Virus record (IMG/VR): IMGVR_UViG_3300046318_000318
Reading direction: 5' to 3' (one strand)
DNA from: a virus
Taxonomy: Duplodnaviria > Caudoviricetes
DNA length: 64,000 bases
The first letter of the stretch is position 1; each line of letters begins with the position of its first letter. Of the stretch, positions 63,774 through 64,000 are shown piece by piece. The translations under genes were made by a program, and so were the position numbers. Under the pieces are notes generated by a model. That model was given only the letters and a program-made list of their open reading frames with translations. It had not been told where the DNA came from and ran no database searches.

Positions 63774-64000
63774 TCAAGGGTAGATCCATTTATTGGCTTC
63801 CATGATACGGAAACTATAAACCACATTCTCAAATCGCTTCATGATCTGTTCATGAGTCTCACCCAGAACTTCTATGGCGGTGTTCACCCACGAGTAATCG
63901 TAAGTATTACCATTTATAAGATCAAGAGCTGCTTTCTTGATAGTTGTGTAACCTACCACAGTAACCAAGATAAGGTTATCATTGGTTTCCAGTTGCTTCA
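63774..64000 (-). CDS. 3' end of a gene that starts beyond the window
   Basis: reading frame is open to the window edge. Confidence 0.6.
   Translation of the reverse strand, partial: KQLETNDNLILVTVVGYTTIKKAALDLINGNTYDYSWVNTAIEVLGETHEQIMKRFENVVYSFRIMEANKWIYP

Noticed and set aside
1-64000. CRISPR arrays, rRNA genes and inteins
   Set aside because: No regularly spaced repeats, no rRNA-like sequence, and no intein-sized insertions with C...HN ends in the helicase, polymerase or RNAP proteins

Overview
A 64-kb segment of a nucleus-forming jumbo phage (phiKZ-like, Chimalliviridae), almost entirely minus-strand. It has three blocks. (1) A conserved core at about 2.5-30 kb: SF2 helicase, non-virion RNA polymerase (nvRNAP) subunits, likely PicA, gp68-like and ChmC genes (called by synteny), an Mre11/SbcD-like nuclease, chimallin and a family-B DNA polymerase subunit. 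(2) An accessory/tRNA region at about 30-54 kb. (3) A tail-fibre/baseplate cluster at about 54-63.5 kb. The striking content is RNA-level. There are six group I introns. Two flank a 21-nt micro-exon (PNADFDG) holding most of the RNAP catalytic NADFDGD motif, and one interrupts the beta subunit. Three short IC3-like introns sit in tRNA genes: Arg-UCU at 34/35, CAU at 36/37 next to a phage tilS, and Leu-UAA at the unusual 25/26 D-stem junction. The intron-bearing tRNA-Leu and a free-standing HNH gene are nested between the two halves of a second, broken tRNA-Leu. Three ORF-poor, helix-dense stretches (about 1.1 kb, 1.2 kb and 0.5 kb) adjoin the tRNA loci and look like large structured ncRNAs. 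An orphan IS110/TasA-like Nop-domain protein, SspB and ACP homologues and an 18-codon standalone transcription unit are also present. Family assignments rest on motifs and gene order read by eye; no database search was run, so novelty is unverified.
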